From contig OY760935.1 of NCBI GenBank assembly GCA_963664295.1, forward strand, positions 864,001-928,000: DNA of 64,000 nt. The letters are read 5' to 3'. The notes under the pieces were generated by a model. That model was given only the letters and a program-made list of their open reading frames with translations, searched no databases and was not told the origin of the DNA. Of the stretch, positions 38,307 through 47,913 are shown in pieces. This DNA is from Candidatus Altimarinota bacterium (GTDB lineage: Bacteria; Patescibacteriota; Gracilibacteria; CAIRYL01; GCA-016699755). Each line of letters starts with the position of its first letter. Positions within the stretch are counted from its first letter, which is position 1. Position numbers and translations under genes: made by a program.

Positions 38307-38334
38307 TTGACAAAAAATTTTAATTCTCTATTAT
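38307..38334 (+). promoter_or_regulatory. Putative sigma70 promoter of RSH-PAS unit
   Basis: TTGACA-16 nt-TATTAT, 18 nt upstream of ATG 38353. Confidence 0.5.
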
Positions 38335-38352
38335 TTAGGTTATCCCTAAATA

Positions 38353-39282
38353 ATGCTAAATTTATTAAAAAACATTTGTGGCAAAAGTCAAATAAACAAG
38401 TGTGAAGAACTTGTTGAAGAATATCTAAGGTTAAAAAAAATAAAAAACCCTATATTGCCAAAAGAAATTATTGAATATTACTCTTTATTTACAAAGAGTA
38501 AGTATTCTTTGGTGACTGCTTTAATATACAACCCTTTAGAAAAAATAAATAAAAATGATTTAAAAAAAATTAAAGAAATTTTTGAAGAACCAGTTTATAA
38601 AAATGTTTTATTGCTAGACTCTCTGCACAAGCAAAAAAATATAAACACTGACAATGTTGATATATTAGCTTTATTTTTGATTGGCTATAAATTTATTTTG
38701 GAAAACAACAAAAAAATTAGCCAAAAAGAAGCTAAATATGCTTTAAAAATACTTGAAAGTACAGATATTTTTAAATTACGTGAGGAACTAGAAGATCAAT
38801 TCTTCTCCATTATTGAACCAGAGATTTTTCAAAAATATGAAGATATTTTATATATAAACAATAGTGCTTATAAAAAATATGAAAACAAAGTTGGTAAAAT
38901 ATTACAAAAAACCATAAAAAACGCAGGTATTAAAGCAAAATTTGAATCAAGAATTAAAACTATCTACAGTACACATCAAAAAATAATCAATAAAAATATA
39001 TTCCTGTCTCAGGTTTTAGATTTAATTGGCTTTCGCGTTATTGTAAAAAACATAAGTGATTGCTATCGAATTATGGAAATTATTCTTTCGCTCGTACCAA
39101 TATTAAACAGTAAAATAAAAGATTACATAGCTCTTCCAAAAGAAAATGGTTATCAAAGTATACATTTAATAGCCCTTTTTGATGATCACCCTGTAGAAAT
39201 ACAAATTAGAACAAACAAAATGCACCACCATGCTCAATACGGCAATGCTGCGCATCGTTTTTACAAAAATTATGAAAAATAA
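38353..39282 (+). CDS. Short RelA/SpoT homolog, (p)ppGpp synthetase domain only
   Basis: ELEDQFF, SRIKTIYS, DLIGFRVI, KDYIALPKENGYQSIH, VEIQIRT, AQYGNAAH-FYK; no HD motif, no TGS/ACT. Confidence 0.88.
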   Translation: MLNLLKNICGKSQINKCEELVEEYLRLKKIKNPILPKEIIEYYSLFTKSKYSLVTALIYNPLEKINKNDLKKIKEIFEEPVYKNVLLLDSLHKQKNINTDNVDILALFLIGYKFILENNKKISQKEAKYALKILESTDIFKLREELEDQFFSIIEPEIFQKYEDILYINNSAYKKYENKVGKILQKTIKNAGIKAKFESRIKTIYSTHQKIINKNIFLSQVLDLIGFRVIVKNISDCYRIMEIILSLVPILNSKIKDYIALPKENGYQSIHLIALFDDHPVEIQIRTNKMHHHAQYGNAAHRFYKNYEK

Positions 39283-41641
39283 CGATTGGCCACTGCAGGA
39301 AAAAAACTTCAAAGATCTTGTACAAAAAGTGCAAGAGGGTATTTTAATGGTCTCTGGTGATGGTGACTTAATTTATGTAAATCCCTATGCTATAAAAATG
39401 CTAGGCTATAAAAAAAATGAAATAATTAAAAAAAATGCTTGGGATGTAATTTACCCCAATGAAGTTCAAAAAATTAAAAATATTTACAATAGAAGAATTG
39501 AGGGTAAATCAGCACCAAGAAGATATGAAACAATTTTAAAGAAAAAAGATAAAAGCAAACTCTATGTAGAATTTAATGTTATTTTAACTTCATGGGAAAA
39601 TAAAAAAGTGAGCTTAGTTGTTTTTCGCGATATTAGTCAACAAAAAGAAGCAGAAAAAAAAGCAAAAAAAACCACAAAATTTCCACAAGAAAATCCTTTT
39701 CCTGTTATGGAAGTAGCAAAAGACGGCGTGGTTCTTTATGCAAATAGCGTAAGTAAGCCTATTTTGAAAAAATGGAAAACAAAAATGGGTAGTCCTTTAC
39801 CAGAAGAGTGGATAAAAAAAATAAAAAAAATTATTAAAAATAAAAAAAGTGAAGATTTTGAAATTGAAGCGGGAAAATCAACATTTGCCTTAACTTTTAG
39901 CCCTGTTGATAAAGAAAAAATAAATATTTATGGTGCAAATATTACAAAAAGTAAAAACACTGAAAAAACACTAAAAAATACTCTTAAAAAGCTTTCTTCA
40001 TATATCAAAAATATGCCTTTGGGCTATATTGAGTGGGATAAAAATCTAAATATTATTGATTGGAATCCGACAGCAGAAAAAATTTTTAAATATAAAAAAA
40101 CAGAAATAATCAATAAAAATTCATATAATTTACTGTTTCCAGAAAAAAACAAAGATTATGCATATAATTTTTTTAATGCAATTGTTGAGAATAAAAAATC
40201 TAATTCATTCACAGTGGATTGCATCAACAAAGCTGATAAAAATATTTTATGTCAATGGTTCAACACCCCACTAATTGAAAATAATAAAGTTATTGGCATA
40301 ACCTCAATTGTTAGGGATATCACCGAACATAAACAAAAAGAAGAACAATTAAAAGTTCTGTCTTCTGCTATTAAACAAACTGATGAAGGCGTAGTTATTG
40401 TAGATATTGATAACAATGTACTCTTTGCAAATCAGTCTTTTTTGGATATGCATGGGTATCAATCTAAAGAAATCATAAATAAGCATGTGGATATTTTTTA
40501 TCCCCCAATGAACACCAAAGATATTCGCAGAGTAAATAAATTGATTATGAAAAATGGACATTTTTATGAAGAAGCAATAGCTAAACATAAAAATGGAAAA
40601 TTTTTTCCAATTTCGCTCAATATAACACTTTTTTATAATGAAATTGGAACTCCTGTTGGAAAAATAGCAACAATTCGAGATATTACAAAAGAAAAAAAGG
40701 CTAAAGAAGAAAGAAAAGAAAGCGCATTAAAAATAAAAAAATCTAAACAACAATGGGAAAAAACAGTAAATAGTCTTCCTCATGTTATTTTATTGGTTAA
40801 TAAAAACGGTGAAATTTTACAAGCAAATAATGTTCCTGAAAAATGGAACTTGGTAAAAAAGAAAAATATTAAAAGAATGAAAGTTGAAAATGTTTTATGT
40901 CCCAAGGGAAAATGTGATTGTAATGCAAAAAAAATCTGGCTTCAAAAATGGGAAAAGCTAAAAAAAGGCGAAATAATTGATTTTAAAATAGATCACCCAT
41001 ACCTTAAAAAAACTCTTTATTTACAAGCACAGCCTATTGCAGATCACAAGAAATTAGCTAAAGACGACGACTTTGCTGTTGTGGCAATATACGACATAAC
41101 AAAAGAAGAAATGGCTAATAAAAAAATCTTTGATCTCTATAAACATCTTGGTCTTATCAACCGTCGTATATCAATAATTACAGATCTTAATAAGGATGGT
41201 CTTACAAAAGACGAAAAAGAAATTCTTCATAAAATCATTAAATCTGCAAAAGATATTTCACAGGCCGATGCTTGTTTGCTTTATAAATACAACAAACAAG
41301 ATCACCAGCTTTCTTTCTTAATGTCTAGTCGCAAAGTCGTTAATCCAAAACAATTTGAGTTAATTAAAACAGTAAAAATTGATGATTACCCTTCATTAAA
41401 CGAATTATTTACAAAAAAACAAAGAATTCAAGGTTTAAGCAAGGATTATAAAATAGCCAAGCTTGACTTAGAAAATAAAGCAAAAGCTTTTGTTTTATTT
41501 CCCATAATGCAAAAATCTGAGATAGTTGGGGTGCTTTTTCTTGGCTTTAAAAATAAGGATCAAATAACAACTCAAGATTTAAGTTTTTATAACCTTTTTG
41601 TTAATCAAATTAGTTTCTTGCTAGACATGCGATTAAATTAA
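39272..41641 (+). CDS. Multi-PAS plus C-terminal GAF sensor protein with no output domain
   Basis: About five PAS segments (YVNPYAIKMLGY...FRDIS; ENPFPVMEV; NMPLGYIEWD...RDITE; QTDEGVVIVD...RDITK; VNSLPHVILL...YDITK) then GAF-like VLFPI...VGVLFLG; no HisKA/GGDEF. Confidence 0.85.
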   Translation: MKNNDWPLQEKNFKDLVQKVQEGILMVSGDGDLIYVNPYAIKMLGYKKNEIIKKNAWDVIYPNEVQKIKNIYNRRIEGKSAPRRYETILKKKDKSKLYVEFNVILTSWENKKVSLVVFRDISQQKEAEKKAKKTTKFPQENPFPVMEVAKDGVVLYANSVSKPILKKWKTKMGSPLPEEWIKKIKKIIKNKKSEDFEIEAGKSTFALTFSPVDKEKINIYGANITKSKNTEKTLKNTLKKLSSYIKNMPLGYIEWDKNLNIIDWNPTAEKIFKYKKTEIINKNSYNLLFPEKNKDYAYNFFNAIVENKKSNSFTVDCINKADKNILCQWFNTPLIENNKVIGITSIVRDITEHKQKEEQLKVLSSAIKQTDEGVVIVDIDNNVLFANQSFLDMHGYQSKEIINKHVDIFYPPMNTKDIRRVNKLIMKNGHFYEEAIAKHKNGKFFPISLNITLFYNEIGTPVGKIATIRDITKEKKAKEERKESALKIKKSKQQWEKTVNSLPHVILLVNKNGEILQANNVPEKWNLVKKKNIKRMKVENVLCPKGKCDCNAKKIWLQKWEKLKKGEIIDFKIDHPYLKKTLYLQAQPIADHKKLAKDDDFAVVAIYDITKEEMANKKIFDLYKHLGLINRRISIITDLNKDGLTKDEKEILHKIIKSAKDISQADACLLYKYNKQDHQLSFLMSSRKVVNPKQFELIKTVKIDDYPSLNELFTKKQRIQGLSKDYKIAKLDLENKAKAFVLFPIMQKSEIVGVLFLGFKNKDQITTQDLSFYNLFVNQISFLLDMRLN

Positions 41642-41705
41642 GTTAAACATATTATTGTAATAAATCTATAATTTAATACGCAAAAAATCTCAAAATGTTA
41701 CAAAA

Positions 41706-42446
41706 ATGAAAAAAATTATTTTGTATTTACTTGCTGGTGCTGGATTAATTGGAGTTTCTGTCTTACTTTATTATTTTCATTATTTAATTTTTAATGATCC
41801 TCATCATATTTTTATTTATATGCTGGGCGATATGGCCTTTGTGCCAATTGAGGTCTTAATGGTGACCCTAATTATTGATCGCTTATTGCAAAATCGTGAA
41901 AAAAAATTGATATTACAAAAATTAAATATGGTGATTGGGGTCTTTTTTAGCGAACTTGGCACAGAACTTTTGATATATTTATCTGATTCTGATCCTAATT
42001 TAGACAAAATCAAAAAAGATCTCATCATAACCAACGAATGGACAGAAAAAGAATTTAAAAAAACAGAAAAAAGCCTGAAAAATCGTGAATACAAAATTCA
42101 TATTGAAAAAATTGACTTAGAAAGGCTAGAAAGCTTACTTTTAAATAAAAGAAGGCTTTTGATTAAAATCCTTGAAAATCCAATCTTATTAGAACATGAA
42201 AGTTTTACTGAACTTTTGAAATCTGTTTTTCATTTACAAGAAGAACTTTCTGCACGCAGGCAACTCAATGAATTAAATACAGCTGACAAAACACACTTAA
42301 AGGGTGATATTGAAAGGGTTTATGGGCACTTGGTTTTTGAATGGATTGAATACATGAAGCATTTAAAAAATGAATATCCTTACTTGTTTTCTTTTGCCAT
42401 GCGCACTAATCCATTTGATGAAACTGCAGAAATTGAATTTAAATAA
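41706..42446 (+). CDS. Conserved hypothetical membrane protein
   Basis: Two N-terminal TM helices, AFVPIEVL, KLNMVIGVFFSE, ENPILLEHESFTELL, YPYLFS...NPF motifs. Confidence 0.8.
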   Translation: MKKIILYLLAGAGLIGVSVLLYYFHYLIFNDPHHIFIYMLGDMAFVPIEVLMVTLIIDRLLQNREKKLILQKLNMVIGVFFSELGTELLIYLSDSDPNLDKIKKDLIITNEWTEKEFKKTEKSLKNREYKIHIEKIDLERLESLLLNKRRLLIKILENPILLEHESFTELLKSVFHLQEELSARRQLNELNTADKTHLKGDIERVYGHLVFEWIEYMKHLKNEYPYLFSFAMRTNPFDETAEIEFK

Positions 42447-42447
42447 A

Positions 42448-42477
42448 CAAAAAGAGCGCCAATTGGCGCTCTTTTTG
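42448..42477. terminator. Bidirectional terminator (perfect 30-bp palindrome)
   Basis: CAAAAAGAGCGCCAATTGGCGCTCTTTTTG between convergent genes. Confidence 0.85.
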
Positions 42478-42505
42478 CGGTTTAATTTAATATTTCAGGC
42501 TGTAA

Positions 42506-43252
42506 TCAAATTATTTCATAGCTAACATTAAGGTTTACAGAAACCTCAACATCACCTGGGAGAATTGTATTTCCTTCCATAATTACACCTCCTTTACCAT
42601 ACATTGCACTACTATCATAATAAGCATAATCACTGCTTATTTCCTGCACCTGAAAAACTCCTCCTAAACGAAAATCAAAAATACTTGCTAGCTTCTCTGC
42701 TTTTTCGCGAGCATTTTTTGCAGCTTCTTTGCGTGCTTGATTATAGGCAGACTCTTTATTTTCTAATGTATATTGAACATTATTAATACTGCTTACGCCT
42801 TTTTCAGTAAGCTCATCCAAAACAGCAGAAACTTGCCCTAGATCATTTATTTTTACCTCTAAGGTATGATTTGCATAATAACCCATTAAAACCTTGTTGC
42901 CATTGTCTCTATAATCATAACGAGGGTTAATGTTGTACCAAGTTGTTTTAATGTTGTCCTCATCAATACCCATTTCTTTCAAAGCATTGATGATATTTTG
43001 CACTTGTTTTTTGTTTTTACTCTGAGCTTCGGCAGATGTTTTTGCTTCTGTTTCAACTCCCACGTTAATAATTGCCATGTCTGGCTCAACGGAAACTTGA
43101 CCAACTCCATTTACATACACTGTTCTGGTTTCATTGGTGGCTTGACCAGCAGAAGCTGGAGCTGAATTTGGGACTAATGCACAAAGAATAATCCCTACTA
43201 CCAAGAAAGGTAGTGTTTTTGATAAGCTTAATCGCTTAATGATTGTTTTCAT
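42506..43252 (-). CDS. SIMPL (DUF541/YggE) domain protein
   Basis: Signal/TM N-terminus, VNGVGQVSVEPDMA, NIKT--YNINPRYDY, ARKEAAKNAREKAEKLA, ILPG-VEV. Confidence 0.92.
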   Translation of the reverse strand: MKTIIKRLSLSKTLPFLVVGIILCALVPNSAPASAGQATNETRTVYVNGVGQVSVEPDMAIINVGVETEAKTSAEAQSKNKKQVQNIINALKEMGIDEDNIKTTWYNINPRYDYRDNGNKVLMGYYANHTLEVKINDLGQVSAVLDELTEKGVSSINNVQYTLENKESAYNQARKEAAKNAREKAEKLASIFDFRLGGVFQVQEISSDYAYYDSSAMYGKGGVIMEGNTILPGDVEVSVNLNVSYEII

Positions 43253-43295
43253 TTTTATTTAAAAAAAATTAAAAAATTATTATTTCATAATTTAT

Positions 43296-43321
43296 AACGA
43301 TATTTTTTCAATTTAGTAACA
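43296..43321 (-). promoter_or_regulatory. Putative ECF-sigma promoter of SIMPL gene
   Basis: Minus strand TGTTAC-16 nt-CGTT, matching 35788-35813. Confidence 0.45.
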
Positions 43322-43412
43322 AATTTTATTTTTTTGTGTTTTAAAAACAAGACTTTTTATTGATTTTTAGCGGAAATTCTGCTATTATGTATTGAATAAA
43401 ATAAATATAAAA

Positions 43413-44639
43413 ATGAATGTTTTAGTTCTTGGTTGGGAATACCCACCATTTCACTCTGGTGGACTAGGGGTAGCGTCAAAAAATCTGACTGCAGGTCTAG
43501 CGTTAAATCCTGGCTTAAAACTTCATTTTGCCTTACCTGCTTTTGTTTATGACAAAGTTAATGGTCAATCTGGACACAACGAATTTGATTTAGTAAAAAA
43601 TAAAAATAAAAACATAAAAATTAAAAAAATAGCGTCCACAATTAATTCGCCATATTTAAACGAAATAAATTATCAAGAATTCTTAGAAGCAATTAATCTT
43701 CCGCAAAATGTTAAAGAAATTTATGGTAAAAATCTTTTTGAAGAAATAGAGCGTTATGCGCTAGAAATGGAAAACTTTGTTAATAATAAAAAATATGATC
43801 TTGTACATGCACATGACTGGATTACTTTTGAAGCGGGAATAAAAATAAAAAATAAACAAAACATACCCTTAATCGCCCATGTACATGCCACAGAATATGA
43901 TCGTACTGGTGGTAATCCTGCTGAAAACATCTACCAAAAAGAACGCAGAGGTATGGAAAAAGCAAACAAAATAATTGCTGTTAGCAATTACACAAAAGAA
44001 ATAATTAAAAAAGAATACGGAATACCAGAACATAAAATAAATGTTGTACATAATGGTGTTGAGACAAGCTATAAAAATACTCAAAAAAAAGAAAGAAATC
44101 CTCACGAACGAAAAACTGTATTATTTTTAGGTCGCTTAACTCTACAAAAAGGTCCTGATTGGTTTATTCATATTGCCAAAAAAGTTTTGGAGCAAAAAAA
44201 AGATGTTGATTTTTTAATTGCTGGTGAGGGAGAAATGATGCCTAGGCTTGTTAAAGATGTAATTGAAAACGAGCTTAAAGATCATGTTCATTTTTTAGGT
44301 TTTGTTGGTGAAAAGGAGCGCGAAAAAGCTTTTAGAAATTCTGATGCTTATATTCTTAGCTCTGTTTCTGAGCCTTTTGGTCTTTCTGCGGTAGAGGCGG
44401 CTCAAAGAGGAGTGCCCGTTGCTCTTAGTAAACAATCTGGAGTACGAGAAGTGCTTTACCATTCTTTACAAGCTGATTTTTGGGATATTGATAAAATGGC
44501 AAATAATATTTTAGCTATCCTAGAATATCCTGCACTTTCAAAAACTCTTGCCAACAAAGCAACTAATAGCCTTGTGCATTTGACCTGGGAAAATCAGGCA
44601 AAAATTGTTAATAATATTTACTGTGAACTAAAAAAATAA
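43413..44639 (+). CDS. GT4 glycosyltransferase (glycogen-synthase-like)
   Basis: LGWEYPP--SGGLG, VHAHDW, HVHATEYDR, FLGRLTLQKGP, SEPFGL; TTGATT-17-TATTAT upstream. Confidence 0.9.
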   Translation: MNVLVLGWEYPPFHSGGLGVASKNLTAGLALNPGLKLHFALPAFVYDKVNGQSGHNEFDLVKNKNKNIKIKKIASTINSPYLNEINYQEFLEAINLPQNVKEIYGKNLFEEIERYALEMENFVNNKKYDLVHAHDWITFEAGIKIKNKQNIPLIAHVHATEYDRTGGNPAENIYQKERRGMEKANKIIAVSNYTKEIIKKEYGIPEHKINVVHNGVETSYKNTQKKERNPHERKTVLFLGRLTLQKGPDWFIHIAKKVLEQKKDVDFLIAGEGEMMPRLVKDVIENELKDHVHFLGFVGEKEREKAFRNSDAYILSSVSEPFGLSAVEAAQRGVPVALSKQSGVREVLYHSLQADFWDIDKMANNILAILEYPALSKTLANKATNSLVHLTWENQAKIVNNIYCELKK

Positions 44640-45947
44640 ATGAAAAACAATAATCAAAAATCGGTTTGTCTTTATTTTCAGGTTCACCAGCCTTACAGGC
44701 TTAGTGAGTGTTCTTTTTTTTGTGATCAAATTGATGATTTTTTTATTGGTCCAAAGGGTTATAAAAACGAGGACATTTTTAACAAAGTAGCTGATAAATG
44801 TTATTTGCCTGCCACTAGCCTTTTATTAGATTTAGTAAAAAAATATCCTGATTTTAAAATTGCCTTTTCTTTGTCTGGTGTTTTTTTGGAACAATGTGAA
44901 CAATATTCTAAAAAAGGTTCAAAAATCATAAAATTATTTCAAAAATTAGCAAAAACAGGCCAGGTGGAGTTTTTAGCAGAAACTTATTATCATTCTTTGG
45001 CCTTTTTATATTCTAAATTTGAATTTGCTGAACAAATTAAGCTACATCAAAAAAAAATAAAAAAACTTTTTGGCATAACACCAAAAATTTTTAGAAATAC
45101 TGAGCTAATTTACAGTAATCAAATTGCTGAATTTATTCGCCAAATGGGCTTTAAGGGTATGTTGGCAGAAGGTTGGGATACTCATTTAAAAATGAAAAGT
45201 CCTAATCACCTACGAATTGCTAAAAAAATATTTTTAGAAGAAAAAAAATTTAAAATTGCCGAAAAATATCGCATTAGGAAAAAAATTGAGGAAGAACTAC
45301 CTGTGCTCTTAAAAAATTATAAATTGTCTGACGATATTGCTTTTAGATTTAGTAATACATCTTGGAATGAACACCCTCTTTTTATTGAAAAATTTGCTCA
45401 CTGGCTCACGCATGCAGAGGGTGAAACAATAAATTTATTTATGGACTATGAAACTATTGGCGAGCACCAATGGGAAGAAACAGGTATTTTTGATTTTTTT
45501 AAAGCACTTCCAAAAGAATTAAAAAATAATAATATTGGTTTTCACACGCCATCCGAAGCAATTAAAAAATTAAAGCCAATTGATGAATATGATGTTCATA
45601 ATTATCTTTCTTGGGCTGATTCTGAACGAGATATTTCTGCCTGGGCAGAAAATGATATCCAAAAATCTGCCCTGGAAGAATTATTAAATATGGAAAAAGC
45701 ATTAAATCCTTATTTAAAATCTCGCAAGCCAGAAATTAAAAAAATAATTGATAATTTTCGTAAAATGCAAACCTCTGACCATCTTTATTATATGTGTACC
45801 AAATACTGGAATGACGGTGATGTTCATAAATACTTTTCTCCTTACGAATCACCTTATGAGGCTTATATAAACTTTATGAACAACTTGAGACTCTTAAAGA
45901 AAAATTTAGAAAAAAATATAAATTTAAAAAACAAAAAAAATGCCTAA
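44640..45947 (+). CDS. GH57 alpha-amylase family glycoside hydrolase
   Basis: FQVHQPYRL, ETYYHSLA, FRNTELIY, FMDYETIGEHQW, SWADSERD, QTSDHLYYM. Confidence 0.93.
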   Translation: MKNNNQKSVCLYFQVHQPYRLSECSFFCDQIDDFFIGPKGYKNEDIFNKVADKCYLPATSLLLDLVKKYPDFKIAFSLSGVFLEQCEQYSKKGSKIIKLFQKLAKTGQVEFLAETYYHSLAFLYSKFEFAEQIKLHQKKIKKLFGITPKIFRNTELIYSNQIAEFIRQMGFKGMLAEGWDTHLKMKSPNHLRIAKKIFLEEKKFKIAEKYRIRKKIEEELPVLLKNYKLSDDIAFRFSNTSWNEHPLFIEKFAHWLTHAEGETINLFMDYETIGEHQWEETGIFDFFKALPKELKNNNIGFHTPSEAIKKLKPIDEYDVHNYLSWADSERDISAWAENDIQKSALEELLNMEKALNPYLKSRKPEIKKIIDNFRKMQTSDHLYYMCTKYWNDGDVHKYFSPYESPYEAYINFMNNLRLLKKNLEKNINLKNKKNA

Positions 45948-47913
45948 ATCAATTGTATTTGGAAATGGCGGTATGTTGATCAATCTTGATAAAAATCTCT
46001 TAATGCGTGATTTTTATTTTCCTTATGTTGGCATGGAAGATCACACAACCTATGGTAATTATCATCTGGTTGGATTTTATGTCGAAGGTAAGTTTTCATG
46101 GCTTAATGACGGAACTTGGGATATCGATATTACTTATCATCAAGATACTTTAATTGGAAACTCTGTAGCAACAAATAAAAAATTAGGAATTTCTGTTTTG
46201 TTTGAAGATTTTGTTTACACCACGCAAAATACTTTTTTTAGAAAAATGACTATCAATAATCTTGCTAATAAAGAGCGAGAAATAAGGGTCTTTTTTTCTC
46301 ATAACTTTTTTATTTACGGAGACAAACTGCAAGATACTGCTCAATATGAACCAAAGCTTAATGCTGTTTTGAATTATAGTAGAAATAGATATTTTTTAGT
46401 TAATGGTTGCTGGGAATATGGCGAAGGGATGAGTCAATATACTGTTGGAAAAAATAATTTTAATGCACTTTTGGGCACATACAAAGACGCAGAAGACGGT
46501 GAACTTTCTCAAAATCCTATTGAACAGGGATCAGTTGATTCTACTATTGGTTTTTCTGAAAAAATACCTGCACAAGACTCAAAAATTCTTTATTTTTGGC
46601 TTTGTGCAAATACTTCTTATGAGGAAACCAGAAGAGCAAATAAAAAAATCTTTGAACTAACTCCTGGTATAATTTATGAACACACAAAAAACTTTTGGAA
46701 AAATTGGGTTAATAAAGAAAATATAGACTTTTCTGACTTGCCAACCGAGGTTATCAATCTCTATAAACGAAGTTTGTTAATTATTCGTACACAAATTGAC
46801 AATGGCGGAGCTATTATTGCAGCTAACGACACAGACATTATGCAATTTAATCGTGATACATATAGCTATATGTGGCCTCGAGATGGCGCTTTTGTTGCCA
46901 TGGCTCTTGCTGAAGCTGGTTACCCTAATTTATGTGAAAATTTCTTTGATTTTTGTGCTGATATTCTTACAAAAGAAGGTTATGTATTAAATAAGTACCA
47001 CCCTGATAAATCAACTGGTTCTTCTTGGCATCCAAAATTCAAAAACGGCGAAGTACAACTGCCAATCCAAGAAGATGAAACTGCCTTAATCTTACTTGCT
47101 ATTGAGAAATATTATAAAAAATATCACGACATTGATGTTATACAGAACTTATTTAATAAATTAGTTTTAAAAATTGGTGATTGGTTAAGTTTTTATACTG
47201 ATGAAACAACTGACCTACCTCTACCTTCTTATGATCCCTGGGAAAGAATTCGGGGTGTTCACACCTATACTGCTAGTACTGTTTATGCTGGCTTGAAATC
47301 TGCTTCTTTTTTAGCAGAAACAACAGGACACATGAGATCGGCAAAAATTTATGAACTAAAAGCAGAAAGAATTAAAAAGGCAATTTTAAAATACTTATAC
47401 TCTGAGGAAGATGGGCGTTTTTTGCGTAGTGTGACAATAAAAAATAACAAAATTATTGAAAAAAACAATATTGTTGATGCTAGTATTTCTCATATTTGGA
47501 CCATGGGAGTACTGCCTCCTGATGACTATCGCGTGCGCCAAACCATGGAAGCAATAAATATTCACCTAACTATCAATACAAAAATTGGTGGGCTCGCAAG
47601 ATACACTGAAGATGATTATCATTATGATTTTAAAAAACTTAATTTTAAAGAAGTGACTGGCAACCCTTGGGTTATCACTACTCTTTGGGAAGCTGACTAT
47701 CAAATAGAAAATGCTAAACGAAAAAAAGACTTACAAACTCCTTTGAAAACTTTAATTTGGGCAACAAAAATGACAAATCCTGCTGGGATTTTACCTGAAC
47801 AAATGCACCCCTTAACCGGTGCGCCACTTTCTGTTGCTCCTTTGACTTGGTCGCATGCTACTTTTGTTGCTACTGTTTTAAAGTATTTAAAAAAACTAAA
47901 AGAATTATCATGA
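45940..47913 (+). CDS. GH15 glucoamylase family glycoside hydrolase
   Basis: GAIIAA, YSYMWPRDG, QEDETA, YDPWE, LPEQ, PLTWSHA. Confidence 0.93.
   Translation: MPKSIVFGNGGMLINLDKNLLMRDFYFPYVGMEDHTTYGNYHLVGFYVEGKFSWLNDGTWDIDITYHQDTLIGNSVATNKKLGISVLFEDFVYTTQNTFFRKMTINNLANKEREIRVFFSHNFFIYGDKLQDTAQYEPKLNAVLNYSRNRYFLVNGCWEYGEGMSQYTVGKNNFNALLGTYKDAEDGELSQNPIEQGSVDSTIGFSEKIPAQDSKILYFWLCANTSYEETRRANKKIFELTPGIIYEHTKNFWKNWVNKENIDFSDLPTEVINLYKRSLLIIRTQIDNGGAIIAANDTDIMQFNRDTYSYMWPRDGAFVAMALAEAGYPNLCENFFDFCADILTKEGYVLNKYHPDKSTGSSWHPKFKNGEVQLPIQEDETALILLAIEKYYKKYHDIDVIQNLFNKLVLKIGDWLSFYTDETTDLPLPSYDPWERIRGVHTYTASTVYAGLKSASFLAETTGHMRSAKIYELKAERIKKAILKYLYSEEDGRFLRSVTIKNNKIIEKNNIVDASISHIWTMGVLPPDDYRVRQTMEAINIHLTINTKIGGLARYTEDDYHYDFKKLNFKEVTGNPWVITTLWEADYQIENAKRKKDLQTPLKTLIWATKMTNPAGILPEQMHPLTGAPLSVAPLTWSHATFVATVLKYLKKLKELS

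Noticed and set aside
1604-38334. Lineage-specific 16-nt promoter spacer (seen at 1604, 18557, 23669, 38307)
   Set aside because: Equally good 17-nt examples occur (13918, 17781, 43360, 57246); sample too small and AT background too high
42448-42477. 30-bp perfect palindrome as an operator or mobile-element end
   Set aside because: Lies between convergent genes with A and T tracts on each side; fully explained as a bidirectional terminator
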